From contig NC_135818.1 of assembly GCF_964213995.1 (NCBI RefSeq), forward strand, positions 61,628,001 to 61,692,000: DNA of 64,000 nucleotides, written 5' to 3'. This document shows, piece by piece, positions 12,941 through 25,860 of this stretch; the stretch's first letter is position 1; each line of letters opens with the position of its first letter. Made by a program: the position numbers and the translations under genes. The notes under the pieces were generated by a model. It worked only from the letters and a program-made list of their open reading frames with translations, did no database searches and had not been told where the DNA came from. The DNA comes from Mustelus asterias. Lineage: Eukaryota.

Positions 12941-14954
12941 GACGGAATCAAGTGACAGGTCATGATAATGTAGAACATAGGATTAAACCCTGACCAGCTC
13001 TTACTCCCATAGCAGTAAATTCCCAATCTCAGATCAATCCCAGACAGAGGGGAAAGGAAAGCTGCAGGATGGGCCATCATTATGGCACTGTCCTATAGCT
13101 CCTGTTGGCTGGTTGAGAGTAGTCTCTGGTAGCTAGCTATCTGGGTGCAGTTTTTTTTGCTGCCTTGGCTTCAGAAGGTGCACAGGCTAAGAGACCAGAA
13201 GAACTGTGAAGAAAATGAAGGGACATTAATAATCTTGAGGAAAATAAATGAATCGATCAAGCTGTCCCAGCCCACTCAATATAAGGCATTGAGACTGAAT
13301 GACTTCTAAGACTGGATTAATCAAGTGCTGTTCTGTGGGAGGCTTTGTGTGCCTCTGTGGTTAGATTGCTGTGAGCATGATAGTTAACAGGAGATTTAAA
13401 AAGTATTTTGATCATTTGAGCTGCGGGTTCTCGACTGTGTTTCTGTGGTTGTTGGCTGGGCAAAAAAGCGAGATGTAGAAAGCTACAAAATTAGGGCTGG
13501 AGGACACAATTTTGATGTACCCCGTGTGAGAGCTTTTTTAAAAAATGTATGATTTGACCTACAGCGACTTCCTCCCTTCCAGTGCTGGGAGGGATGTCAT
13601 TGCTTTCCATGCCATAGCACTTGATTTTCTTTGGAAGCCAATGAAGCATATTTTTCCCCGATATCTCTTTTTTAAATTAAATGGTCACAGTGAGTCAGTT
13701 AAATAATGCTTCTCTGAAGCAGCAAACAATAAAATATCCATTTTTAAGTATGGTCTTGCTTAGTATTCACCGTCTGAAATGAATATATTAGTTGCAATCA
13801 TTGGCCTCGTCAGAATTCTGGTCACTCCCTAGAAAGGCACAATGATTCACAAGATTACTGCAACAGCCTAAGAATCGTGTGTGCCTGAAATACTCATAAG
13901 GTCTGCAGTAGTTTAAAATGTGTCGCTCAGACGGGCTATAAAAGCGAATGACAGTCCTTTAAAATGAATCACTTATGTTGCAAAAATGTTCAAAAAGGCA
14001 GTGATTAATATAACAATTATGATTTAAAATCAATTGTGAAAATCAAAATCTGGTTCAATTCAATGAATCGCTTCTTTCGAGATGTATTACACCCTGCATA
14101 CCCAATGTGAAAATCTACTTTCCCACTAGTGCTGGCAGTCAGTTGCCACAGCAGACAGGCAAAATCACATCTTGCCATTACAGTGCGATAAACTATAATT
14201 AAAATAAAAATGTGGGCAATAATTACAACACTACCATATTATATTCAAATATCTTAGTCCAGGGCTAAGCTCACCTCCCACGGTGCAAAACCCTTTATCC
14301 TGCTTCCAAATGCTTTTCCTCTGCCTTCATGGCCAACTCCCATCCTTGGTTTCTTCATCATTAACATGCCTCTCTTGAAGATGTTATTCCGGGCCCATTT
14401 TCACAACATCTCTCTCTTTTAGCGATCCAAAGGCTCTTCTACACTCGCCAACTGTCTGGCTGACAATATACTTCCTTCAGCTAAACCCTTTAACTTCAGC
14501 CAGAATTTTCATGCATCTGGTCTTGACTCCATCAATCTCTCTGGCTCTAGCCTTAGTCTAAGTCAAGCATATGGGACCAGTCTTTTGCTTGTTTTTAAAC
14601 TCAGTTTTCTCCTTCATTTCGGTTTCATTATTGCTTCTTTGCACCTCCACAGCCTTGCCCACCTGAACCAAACATCTTCCCCTAATGCTGTCCAGATCCA
14701 TTCCTTCATCATCTACAGGTCAAAATTCTGCATTGCTATCCTAACTGATCTCCTTCCTCAAACTGGTCTAACACTCATATGTACACACACACACACAAAC
14801 ACACACACATGCACACTCATACTCCTACACTGGCACCATGTCAATTCTTCCCCTCCTGCAGTGATTCCTGGCACACAGTGAGTACTGCAATTCATAGAAT
14901 CATAGAATAATTACAGTGTCTCAGGGCCAGTGAATCCTGGAATTGATCTGTGAA

Positions 14955-15027
14955 TTCACACTTGGCTGCTGAAGATCCAAACTTGGATCTCTTCTTCGAG
15001 TTTGGATCTTCAGCAGCCGGGTGTGAA
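14955..15027 (+). repeat. 73-nt hairpin (about 33-bp stem, 7-nt loop)
   Basis: ttcacacttggctgctgaagatccaaacttg pairs with cgagtttggatcttcagcagccgggtgtgaa. Confidence 0.9.
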
Positions 15028-15178
15028 GACTAATCCTTGTTTGAGAAAGCAGCTGAAGGGACAGCTCTAATAGCTCCCCTGTATTGCTGTCATGAGAGAG
15101 CAGCTTCCTGAAGCATTCTCTTGCTGTTCCATTGAGTAGGAGATGGCTGATTTGGTTGATTGGAGATTGCTGATTTGT

Positions 15179-15603
15179 GGGAGAACATCCTTAGTGGGAT
15201 TGTTAAGATCCCTTAACTCCGAAGGAAGAGTGTACCAAATTTTGCCCAAGTCCTCTGAGATGCCATTGGGCTGGGGAGATGCTTCGATTGCCTGCTTTTC
15301 TTTTTTTCCCTGCATTTTCTGGAGCCATCTTCACTTCCTACTTATTGATATTTATCTTTAAGCGCAGGATGCCTTTAATCGCAATGTGCCCTGCCACCTC
15401 TATCCTTCTCCCACAAATTTTCCAGGCAAATTTAAGCTTGACATTCATCAAACTGTTAACCTGCTTCCAGGGTTTCCAGGGTTTGGAAGCAGTTAGAAAA
15501 TGCTTTTTCAACAGAGGTGCATCTCAGAGGACTTGGGCAAAATTTGGTACACTCTTCCTTCGGAGTTAAGGGATCTTAACAATCCCACTAAGCATGTTCT
15601 CCC
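15179..15603. repeat. 85-bp inverted repeat (15179-15263 / 15519-15603) with 255-bp spacer
   Basis: Arms identical except one position. Confidence 0.9.
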
Positions 15604-15629
15604 TGTTTTATGAGAGGTGGCCCTCTAAT

Positions 15630-15985
15630 GGGGGAGGTGATGGCCTAGTGGTATTATCGCTGGACTATTAATCCAAGAAACTTAGCTAATATTCTGGGGA
15701 CCTGGGTTTGAATCCCACCATGGCAGACGGTGGAATTTGAATTCAATAAAAAATATCTGGAATTAAGAATCTACTGATAACCATTGTCGAGTATCTGAAA
15801 AACGCACTTGGTTCACCAACGTCCTTTAGGAAAGGAAATCTGCTGTCGTTACCTGGTCTGGCCTACATGTGACTCCAGAGCCACAGCAATGTAGTTGACT
15901 CTCAATTGCCCTGGAGCAACAAGGGATGGGCTATAAATGTGGCCAGCCAGCGACACACATGTCCCACAAATGAATTAAAAAAATA
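15630..15985 (+). mobile_element. tRNA-derived SINE (family C) with tail shared with the old CR1/L2-type LINE
   Basis: A box tggcctagtgg, B box ggtttgaatccc; tail gggatgggctataaatgtggcc resembles the LINE end at 35067-35125. Confidence 0.75.
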
Positions 15986-16559
15986 CCACTGGCAGCATCA
16001 AGAAATATATCTTCTGCCTCTGTCATAGAGGATGGCATTAAACTCTGCTGCAGTCAAAGCCATCTGCCATATGTTTTCTGAGATTATATTCAGAGTTTCC
16101 AGAGGGATCTTTCTCTTCATGGCTGGACCACTGAGAACTCTCCTTTAGAGTCAAATTCCTCTTCCATGTGACTGACCAATGACATTTCTTCATCTGCACT
16201 CTCTATTTTACTTCTTAGGGTAGTAATTAGTGGAGGCATTGTGGGTCTCGTACACTGTCTGGAGAGACAGCGAGAGCTCCTCTTTTTGGGAAGGCTCACT
16301 GAACTAAATGACAATCAGGAACCTAACTGGGCAATGGCCTTCCCCGAGATCAAGGGCTCCGGGGCAGAAGCCCCACCCACTGAAAACTGCAACCCAATTG
16401 GAGGCTGGCAGCCCTTCATTGCTCGGCCGTGCCACTGGGAGGCAGTGGCTGCTGTCAGCACCACAGTACTGGTGAGTGATGGCTGGAGTGGAGCTGAGGG
16501 GCGATGTTCATGGTGGAGAGGGGGTGTGATGACTTCAGCCAGGCTAATGGGGTTGGCTT

Positions 16560-16754
16560 GCTAGAGTATGAACAACCTGCTGAGTCCTAATTGATGGTTA
16601 TATCAGGGAGCCTCATGCTCCCTATTTAAAGCAGGTGTGTCAGACTCCCAGCCTGCATTCAGCAGGGAGCAACTGGAGAGCTGGCTGTGTACAGATGTGT
16701 GGTGTAAATAAAGTAACATGGTGACAGGACTTTCACCTCCATGGAGTTATTATC
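16560..16754 (+). mobile_element. Probable short degenerate solo LTR inside a GC-rich repeat
   Basis: TATA-like tatttaaa at about 16623, AATAAA at about 16707; termini degenerate. Confidence 0.35.
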
Positions 16755-17699
16755 GGGGGGGGGGGGGGGGGGGGCGGTCAGCAGAAGGGGCAGTCTTCTC
16801 CCTTCCCAATGCCGAGTCTCTTGATCAGGGGTCTGAGTGCCTTTGAATGAGGGATGCCCAACTCGCCAGTGGAGAGCAGGATGGGGGTATTAAATTCTGC
16901 CCTTTGTGTCTCTATCTGGGCTGTTGAGTGCTCATGATGAGGTGAAAGGTGGGGAATGTTTCTGTGAGTAAGTTTGGAAATGTTATGCCACCTTCCAGTG
17001 AATTTTGGTTTCTTACCTCTGTGAACTTAAAATAATTATTGATTTTATTTTAATTTACAGAAGTTCAGATGGTCTGCTAATCCTACCAGGGCTGTAGGGC
17101 CTTTCCTTTCCCATCTTCTACTGCTGTTAGAATTTCCCCCAAGGACTTTGACACCTTGACATCTAATGGCCTTCTGTCTGACACACTCAGTTATTACGAG
17201 CTATTTGCTCCTGCACAAAGGGGAAACTTCTTTTAAGTTTCTGTAAGATGCTCAGAACCTTTTCTTTTCCTTGTTATTATCTTTCAAAATTTCAAAGGGA
17301 ATATTAAAGGCTGCATGGGAACGTCAACTTGAAAGGTGGTGTTTCACAAGATGTGTATGTATGGATACGCGCGAGGGAAGGTGATTTGGAGAGATCCAGG
17401 TGACAGAGCCACTGCGGCTTTTAATTTTGTGATCACTGTGACGCCCCACAGGATAGTGCCACTGCACGGATGGCATGCAGAGAGCACTTGTCTCTGTGCT
17501 TCTCTGAGATTAATCAGTCTTGACACAAAGCTGCCGTTGCACCTCCCTGTGCTGCCCTTGTCAGTTCATTGAACTGACTGCAACATTGCAGGGGTGTCCT
17601 GCTGGTAGAGATATTCCACTTACTGGCAGTTCCAATTTCTTCCAAAGACCTTGCAGCACTTGCAGGCATCTTAGATCGAATGTCACAAAATTGTGCCTC

Positions 17700-18310
17700 T
17701 GCCTTATTTCATTTAAGGGACATTCCATCTTGGCTTTGCTAAGATTTCCTGCTCTTTCCCTCTCTCCATTGCTGCTACCATTTCCACTTCGTGTCGCTGT
17801 CACCTTTAAGGGCAGGATGTCTTTCATTCACAACTTGCTCTGCCTCCCCCCCCCACCTCCCACAATGTTTCCAGGCCTTTGAAGGCATTTCAGGCGGAGT
17901 TCATGAGTACGACTCGCCCACTATCATTCCAATTAGAGGAGGGTGTGGGGGTGAAGAAGGATGTGGCATTTCCCTGAGGGTGATCCTTCCTTTTAGAGTC
18001 TTTCCTATTCAGCTACAATGTTGCCAGTGTACAACTCCATGGCAGAAGTTGGGCAGTTATAATAGGATTTGTCCCCACACTTCAATCTGTCTCTGATTAT
18101 GTACTCTGGGCACAGCCAATTCCTATTATGGCTAGCCTTACATCTATCTTTGTTCAGGGCATATAGAATCTCATTCATCTGTTCTGCCTCCATGGGTGGA
18201 TCCTTTAATTTGGCTTCCACTCCGTGTTCATGGTGTCCCAAATTCCTTACTTGCAATATTGGTGATGTGCTATTCCCCTGCATGGGGAATGTGCAACATC
18301 ATACTTACGA
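17700..18310 (-). pseudogene. env: ERV env, distal Cys-rich ectodomain remnant
   Basis: MLHIP..SPILQVRNLG...DRCKASHNRNWLCPEYIIRDRLKCGDKSYYNC (ORF 18005-18283), then Trp-rich KWKW*QQW. Confidence 0.65.
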
Positions 18311-18312
18311 AT

Positions 18313-20050
18313 CATCATACCTCCAACAATGGCAAGGTCTGCAAGACATAACAGGCTACAAGGTGAAGGCATGTAAAATCGCCGGCCGCAATGCACCCCA
18401 CCCTGATGAGCTCAATGCATTCCAAGCTCGTTTTGAGCAAGAGGTCAGCAAGAGCATTCCCTCCACCCTGGAAGCCCTGGATGAACCTGTATCAGGGGTC
18501 ACCATTGCAGATGTCAGCTCAGCTTTCTCGAAGGTCAACCCATGGACAGCGACTGGCCCGGACGGGGTACCCGGACGAGCACTCAGATGCTGTGCGGATC
18601 AGCTGGCGGAGGTATTCAGAGACATCTTCAACCACTCTTTATAATCTGAGGTCCCTATCTGCTTCAAGAAGATGACCATCATCCCGGTACCTAAGAAAAA
18701 CCAAGCCGCATGCCTTAATGACTATCGGCTGGTGGCTCTGACATCCATCATTATGAAGTGCTTTGAAAGGCTAGTCATGGCAAGAATCAATTCCAGCCTC
18801 CCAGACTACTTGGATCCACTAAGGTTTGCCTACCGCCACAACAGGTCCACAGCAGACGCCATCTCCCTGGCCTGGCACTCAACCTTGCAACACTCAGATA
18901 ACAAGGACACCTATGTCAGACTCCTATTTATTGACTACAGCTCAGCCTTCAACACCATTATTTCCACGAAACTCATCTCCAAACTCCGTGGCCTGGGCCT
19001 CGGCACCTCCCTCTGCGACTGGATCCTGAACTTCTTAACTCACAGACCACAATAGGTAAGGATAGGCAACAACATTTCCTCCACGATCATCCTCAAAACT
19101 GGTGCCTCACAAGGCTCTGTTCTCAGACCTCTACTATACTCCTTATACACCTATGACTGTGTGGCCAAATTCTTCTCCAATTCGATTTTCAAGTTTGCTG
19201 ACGACACCACCGTAATGGGTCGGACATCAAACAATGATGAGACAGAGTATAGGAATAAGATAGAGAATCTGGTGAACTGGTGCAGCAACAATAATCTCTC
19301 CCTCAGTGTCAACAAAATGAAGGAAATTGTCATCGACTTCAGGAAGCGGAGAGGAGAACATGCCCCTGTCTACATTAATGGGGACGAAGTAGAAAGGGTC
19401 GAGAGCTTCAAGTTTGTAGGTGTCCAGATCACCAACAACCTGTCCTGGTCCTCCCATGCCGACGCTATAGTTAAGAAAGCCCACCATCTACTTTCTCAGA
19501 AGACTAAGGAAATTTGGCATGTCAGCTACGACTCTCACCAACTTTTACAAATGCACCACAGAAAGCATTCTATCTGGTTGTATCATAGCTTGGTATGGCT
19601 CCTGCTCTGCCCAAGACCACAAGGAACTACAAAAGGTCGTGAATGTGGCCCAATCCATCACGCAAACCAGCCTCCCATCCATTGACTCTGTCTACACTTC
19701 ACACTGCCTCGGCAAAGCAACCAGCATAATTAAGGACCCCACGCACCCAGGACATTCTCCCTTCCACCTTCTTCTGTCGGGAAAAAGATACAGAAGTCTG
19801 AGGTCATGTACCAACCGACTCAAGAACAGCTTCGTCCCTGCTGCTGTCAGACTTTTGAATGGACTTACCTTGCATTAAGTTGATCTTTCACTACACCCTA
19901 GCTATGACTGTAACACTACATTTTGCACTCTCTCGTTTCCTTCTCTATGAATGGTAAGCTTTGTCTGTATAGCGGGTAAGAAACAATACTTTTCACTGTA
20001 TGTTAATACATGTGACAATAATAAATCAAATCAATTCAAATCAAATCAAA
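18313..20050 (+). mobile_element. Rex1/Babar-like LINE, 5'-truncated, (TCAAA)n tail
   Basis: ORFs 18672-19055 ([32 protein letters not shown]), 19161-19685 (KFADDTT), 19519-19878; possible 4-bp TSD gaat. Confidence 0.92.
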
Positions 20051-20780
20051 GAATGGGTGCTTAATCTACCTCTGAAGTGACATTCTCGTCGTTAATAGAC
20101 TTTCCAGCTGTAAGAGGCTGGGTTGCACTTCTGGCACCATGAAGCTAGTATACATCGAGCCTATGGGTAACTTCTGAAAGGTCCCCTTGTCTGTCTATGA
20201 GAGCATTAATGATGCCCTAAAAAGGCTGTATTGCCTCTATTCCATGTCTTGAATGTATCTTTCCTCCCTATCTTGGCTCACTCCATATCATCCTCGTGCA
20301 CGTTGTGTGTTATTAAAACTAACTGTTCTCTCATTCGTGTCACCTCCTCCTGCATTCCGGCTATGTCGAGTGAGTTAATGGGGGACATTCCTGCCCCATA
20401 TGCTCCGGTAGCCAGAGACACTATATCCCTTCACTCGTGTCTCCGACCCTCCAATCCGGTCCCCTGCACTATATTTCTGAGGATATGTTCAAACAATGAC
20501 TGCCCTTGACAAAAGCCTGGGAGACTCAGTCTGCCTAAATTGGCTAGGACCTTCACATGTCTATAGCCTGGAACTAGGGTAACCACACCCTCGGTGGGGC
20601 CCATTACCAGTCTGTGCCCAGTGGTTAAATTTGCAATACCCCCTCCGGTTCTGTCATCTTGCTAATATTAATGACATGGTTGTGACAATGTCCAACTGTT
20701 CGCCCCAACGGGTCCCATATGGTTATGTCCCTTAGTCATTGACCAATACCAGGTAAGTAAAATTGTTAATTACCATCTTG
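20051..20780 (-). pseudogene. env: ERV env, N-terminal part with furin site, fusion peptide and heptad repeat
   Basis: Hand translation of 20640 downward: GIANLTTGHRLVMGPTEGVVTLVPGYRHVKVLANLGRLSLPGFCQGQSLFEHILRNIVQGTGLEGRRHE*R/DIVSLATGAYGAGMSPINSLDIAGMQEEVTRMREQLVLI. Confidence 0.75.
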
Positions 20781-20817
20781 TGTGGCAACTGCTTTACATT
20801 CAGTTACATACCAGTTA

Positions 20818-20905
20818 TCTGATGTAGTCCAGATGATCAGTCTGCTGTGGTCCTGTTGGGCGAATTAGCGGATGTGGGACACCCCTTAGTGACAGCAGTA
20901 CCTTG
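20818..20905 (-). pseudogene. pol: Integrase core start remnant
   Basis: PHPLIRPTGPQQTDHLDYI resembles the P-x-GP-W-Q-x-x-H-x-D-Y/F-I motif containing the first catalytic Asp. Confidence 0.6.
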
Positions 20906-21619
20906 TAGGTATAAACAGAACCCTTCTGGCTCTCAATTAGTATTACATTAATTGTATCATTTCTATCTCTTCCTCTTGGGTTCTGTGCCCCATGGCCTGG
21001 GCTACTCTAGTGGCCCATTTACAAATTCCTTTCCCTAGAATATACATCAGCGCAAGTCAAAATATTCCAATTAATTGAATTGCACTCAATATCCCAATTC
21101 CGGTCTCTATCTTCTCAATTGCTTAACTCTATTCAGTTTGCTTCATAACATCTTTACAACAGAAATCAAACCTTTCTATTTGATTCCAGGTAGTAACTTA
21201 TTTTGATTGCCCTTTCTTTGTCTTAAATAGCATCATTATCAAGGTAGATTGCTTACAGCACATTTTATGTCAAAATTATCCCAAATTCAGAAAACAGTGT
21301 TGTGGACTTTCAAATGTCCATCAGTGTCTATCTTATTTCTTCTTTTAAAAAACTTTGTTCCTACGTCCATAGCTATCACCTAACCTGTGTTTTTATTATA
21401 TTTTTCCTCTCTTAGAACCCTTTAAATGTCTTCTTTTTAATCACCAATGTCGTTCTCATTATCCATCAACTGAATCCCACCTTTAATTCTGTCCTACTCT
21501 GTTCAACTATCAGCTCTCTTTTGACATCTCTTTTTATTACCCTGTTCACTCCCTCACATCTCAAGTGTACTTTACATACCTATTCCTTTCCTTCAATGTT
21601 CATCTATCCCACTGGGTTA

Positions 21620-22025
21620 TTTCTTTTGTCCCTAGCGATAATAATCTGTCAGTTTAGTGGTAGGAGCAGGCTTTCCCATTGAGCCCACCTTGCATCTGAT
21701 ACAGTTTTCAACCTCCCCATGTTCAAAATTTGCAGTAGGGTGTGCTCTGAGTTCGGAACCACTTCTCCCAACCTTGTGATCGGTTCACTAACTTTGAACA
21801 CCCACACCACACAGTCAAACTAGAATGCTGTTGGGTCACTATGGCAGTGTAATAATTCCCATCATTGTTAGACAGCCCTAAGGCTGGTGCTGTTGCTAAA
21901 AGTTGTTCAATAGTGGTGAATGGAGCCTTGCACTCCCCCACCCATTCTATCTTTTGTAACTCCTCACTATATGTCCTCCCCCCTTTTACTAGATTCTCAT
22001 TCAGGCTGATAATTTCTGCTATATT
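21620..22025 (-). pseudogene. pol: Retroviral RT thumb/connection (tether) remnant
   Basis: KIEWVGECKAPFTTIEQLLATAPALGL, then after a frameshift SEHTLLQILNMGRLKTVSDARWAQWESLLLP...NNPV. Confidence 0.75.
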
Positions 22026-22600
22026 AAAAATCTATAAATAAATTTGAATGTCTTGAAGCTACTGCAAATCTTCCTTATTCACACTTACCTGAAAAACAAA
22101 AACACAAAGATCCATCCTGCTTGGCACAGAATGGGTTAATTCTCTGCTAGTTTCAAAATGGATGGAGTAAAGTTCTCAAATGGACGTCATTACATCATCA
22201 TTCTTTTAAAAAATCTAGCAAGCATTTAGAATCCAGGATTAACTCCTTTCTGGAATTATCTTTTCATTGCCAATTGTATCAGGAATATATCTTTGAATCT
22301 GACAAGAAGTTTTGATTCAATATCAATCCAAAACAAGATTTGTCATAATCATTTCAAATATCCCACATTTTCCCACTTATTCCACATCTCTCCAGCCTAT
22401 GCTTAAAATTTGCACATTTAATTGTTTCCATAAATCTGCCATTATGAACTAACACAGGCATGAGATTCAGAGCGGTTTAAAATCAAATCAACTGTTTGCT
22501 GAAATAGTTAACTTTTCTACAGACCCCAAGTGGAACTTATGACGCAATATGGAGATAGCTGCAGCTCATAAATTTTAAACAAGTCACCTTCCACTTCCTC

Positions 22601-24582
22601 TTGGTCCTCTTGAAGATCAGAGTGGTCGGCTATGTATGGAACCAAAAGAAATGGGGGAGATATTGAATGGGTTTTTTGCATCCGTATTTACTAAGGAAAC
22701 TGGCATGGAGTCTATGGAAACAAGGCAAACAAGTAGGGAGGTCATAGAACCTATACAGATTAAAGGGGAGGAGGTGCTTGCTGTCTTAAGGCAAATCAGA
22801 GTAGATAAATCCCCAGGACCGGACAGGGTATTCCCTCGGACCTTGAAGGATACTAGTGTTGAAATTGCAGGGGCCTTGGCAGATATATTTAAAATGACGG
22901 TATCCACGGGTGAGGTGCCGGATGATTGGAGGACAGCTCATGTTGTTCCATTGTTTAAAAAAGGCTCAAAAAGTAATGCGGGAAATTATAGGCCGGTAAG
23001 TTTGACGTCAGTAGGAGGTAAATTATTGGAAGGAGTATTAACAGATGGGATCTACAAATATTTGGATAGATAGGGACTTATTCGGGAGAGTCAACATGGC
23101 TTTGTGCGTGGTAGGTCATGTTTAACCAATCTATTAGAGTTTTTCGAGGAGGTTACTAGAAAAGTGGATGAAGGGAAGGCAGTGGATGTTGTCTACATGG
23201 ACTTCAGTAAGGCCTTTGACAAGGTCCCGCATGGGAGGTTAGTCAGGAAGGTTCAGTCGCTAGGTATACATGGAGAGGTAGTAAATTGGATTAGACATTG
23301 GCTCAATGGAAGAACTGATGTGGAGATGCTGGCATTGGACTGGGGTAAACACAGTAAGAAGTTTAACAACACCAGGTTAAAGTCCAACAGGTTTATTTGG
23401 TAGCAAAAGCCACACAAGCTTTCGGAGCTCTAGAGCTCCGAAAGCTTGTGTGGCTTTTGCTACCAAATAAACCTGTTGGACTTTAACCTGGTGTTGTTAA
23501 ACTTCTTTCAATGGAAGAAGCCAGAGAGTGGTAGAGGAGGATTGCTTCTCTGAGTGGAGGCCTGTGACTAGTGGTGTGCCGCAGGGATCAGTGCTGGGTC
23601 CATTGTTGTTTGTCATCTATATAAATGATCTGGATGATAATGTGGTAAATTGGATCAGCAAGTTTGCTGATGATACAAAGATTGGAGGTGTAGTGGACAG
23701 TGAGGAAGGTTTTCAAAGCTTGCAGAGGGATTTGGACCAGCTAGAAAAATGGGCTGAAAAATGGCAGATGGAGTTTAATGCAGGCAAGTGTGAGGTATTG
23801 CACTTTGGAAGGACAAACCAAGGTAGAACGTACAAGGTAAATGGTAGGACACTGAAGAGTGCAGTAGAACAGAGGGATCTGGGAATACAGATACATCATT
23901 CCCTAAAAGTGGCGTCACAGGTAGGTAGGGTCGTAAAGAGTGCTTTTGGTACATTGGCCTTTATAAATCAAAGTGTTGAGTATAGGAGTTGGAATGTTAT
24001 GGTGAGGTTGCATAAGACATTGGTGAGGCCGAGTTTAGAGTATTGTGTTCAGTTTTGGTCACCTAATTACAGGAAGGATATTAATAAGGTTGAAAGAGTG
24101 CAGAGATGGTTTACAAGGATGTTGGCGGGACTTGAGAAACTGAGTTACAGAGGAAGGTTGAATAGGTTAGCACTTTATTCCCTGGAGCATAGAAGAATGA
24201 GGGGAGATTTGATAGAGGTGTATAAAATTATGATGGGTATAGATAGAGTGAATGCAAGCAGGCTTTTCCCACTGAGGCTAGGAGAAAAAAAAACTAGAGG
24301 ACGTGGGTTAAGGGTGAGGGGGGAAAAGTTTAAAGGGAATATTAGGGGGGGCTTCTTCACACAGAGAGTGGTGGGAGTTTGGAATGAGCTGCCAGATGAG
24401 GTGGTGAATGCGGGCTCACTTTTAACATTTAAGAAAAACTTGGACAGGTACATGGATGAGAGGGGTGTGGAGGGATATGGTCCAAGTGCAGGTCAGTGGG
24501 ACTCGGCACAAAAATGGTTCGGCACAGGCCAGAAGGGCCAAAAGGCCTGTTTCTGTGCTGTAATGTTCTGTGGTTCTATGGT
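22601..24582 (+). mobile_element. Young CR1 LINE, 5'-truncated, interrupted by a PLE palindrome
   Basis: ORFs 22636-23073, 23104-23403 and 23528-24634 (GVPQGSVLGP, KFADDTK); octamer tail; near-identical to 56541-57945. Confidence 0.96.
23315..23507. mobile_element. Penelope pseudo-LTR fold-back insertion containing a perfect 152-bp palindrome (23356-23507)
   Basis: 12-bp TSD tcaatggaagaa (23303-23314, 23508-23519); centre gagctc-ta-gagctc. Confidence 0.95.
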
Positions 24583-25534
24583 TCCAGCTTCTCAAAGTGA
24601 CGGAGCTCAAAATCTCTGTCAAATTACAAAATAAAAATAAAATTCATAATCTCCAATGTATATAAATTCTTAATTATCAAATTAGGAACAGAAGATGGTG
24701 AAATCTCTGCCAATTAAAAACACAAGAGTTAAAACAAATATGCCGTTACAATTTCTTCAGACTAAGACAAAGGAAAGAGCACATGGCTTTCTCCAAGCTC
24801 TAAATCCCTCTGAATCACAATTTGAACCCAAGATTATTCAAAGTTGAAATTGGTTATTTTCAAATTCCAATTTATATATTCTGAGTTTAAAATTTCAATT
24901 TACTTTTCACAGATTGTGTTCAAAGTAGCTTCCCACACATCTACATTATCTATGCATGTATACCCTATATTTTCTTGAGAATAACCGTGGCTATCGATTA
25001 TACTCAGGATTAAGGAATTTCAAAGATTTATCTTATTTTCAGTTTACACTTTAATCCAATCCAATTCCCATTTGATTTTAAACTCTATATCAAACCCACT
25101 ATTGTAAAATCTCAATTTGGGGGGAGAACATTAAAGCATTAAAGCAAACAACAGAATAAAAACATCCACACAAGTACTTTATTAAATATACTTAGATGCC
25201 GATGGAAGCTTCCAATCATTCATTCCGCAGTATCTCCTCTCATTTGATCGCAACATTCTAAACTGGAATGAAAATAAAACATTCAAAGAAAATAAGGAAA
25301 ATTGATTAAGACAATAGCCTTCATTCTTCTTTCTTCCAAACTGAAGTAAAACTCCAAAAACAAAAGTAAATTCAAGAACTTTTAAATTTAAATTTTAACA
25401 GATTTAGCACTTTCTTAGCCTCTCTAAAGTTAAACCAAAGTGCAAAGCATGGCATTTACTGCCTGCAATAAATACTCTCTGAAAACAAACAATAGCTTTA
25501 ACAACTCCTGTTCTCAAGCAAGTGTAATGACAAC

Positions 25535-25860
25535 CGGTAGCACAGTGGTTAGCACTGCTGCTTCACAGCTCCAGGGTCCTGGGTTCGATTCCTGGCTCAG
25601 GTCACTGTCTGTGTGGAGTTTGCACATTCTCCTCGTATCTGTGTGGGTTTCCTCCGGGTGCTCCGGTTTCCTCCCACAGTCCAAAGATGTGTGGGTTAGG
25701 TTGATTGGCCAGGTTAAAAATTGCCCCTTAGAGTCCTGTGATGCGTAGGTTAGTGGGATTAGCAGGTAAATATGTGGGGGTAGGGCCTGGGTGGGATTGT
25801 GGTCGGTGCAGACTCGATGGGCCGAATGGCCTCCTTCTGCACTGTAGGGTTTCTATGATT
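25535..25860 (+). mobile_element. HE1-type V-SINE
   Basis: Full-length copy, close to 61448-61778. Confidence 0.9.

Noticed and set aside
16755-16774. Poly-G run (and poly-C at about 32856)
   Set aside because: Homopolymers inside GC-rich repeats; length is unreliable
16900-17700. Search for the ERV polypurine tract and 3' LTR
   Set aside because: No copy of the 26711-26911 sequence and no purine tract adjacent to a TG start was found
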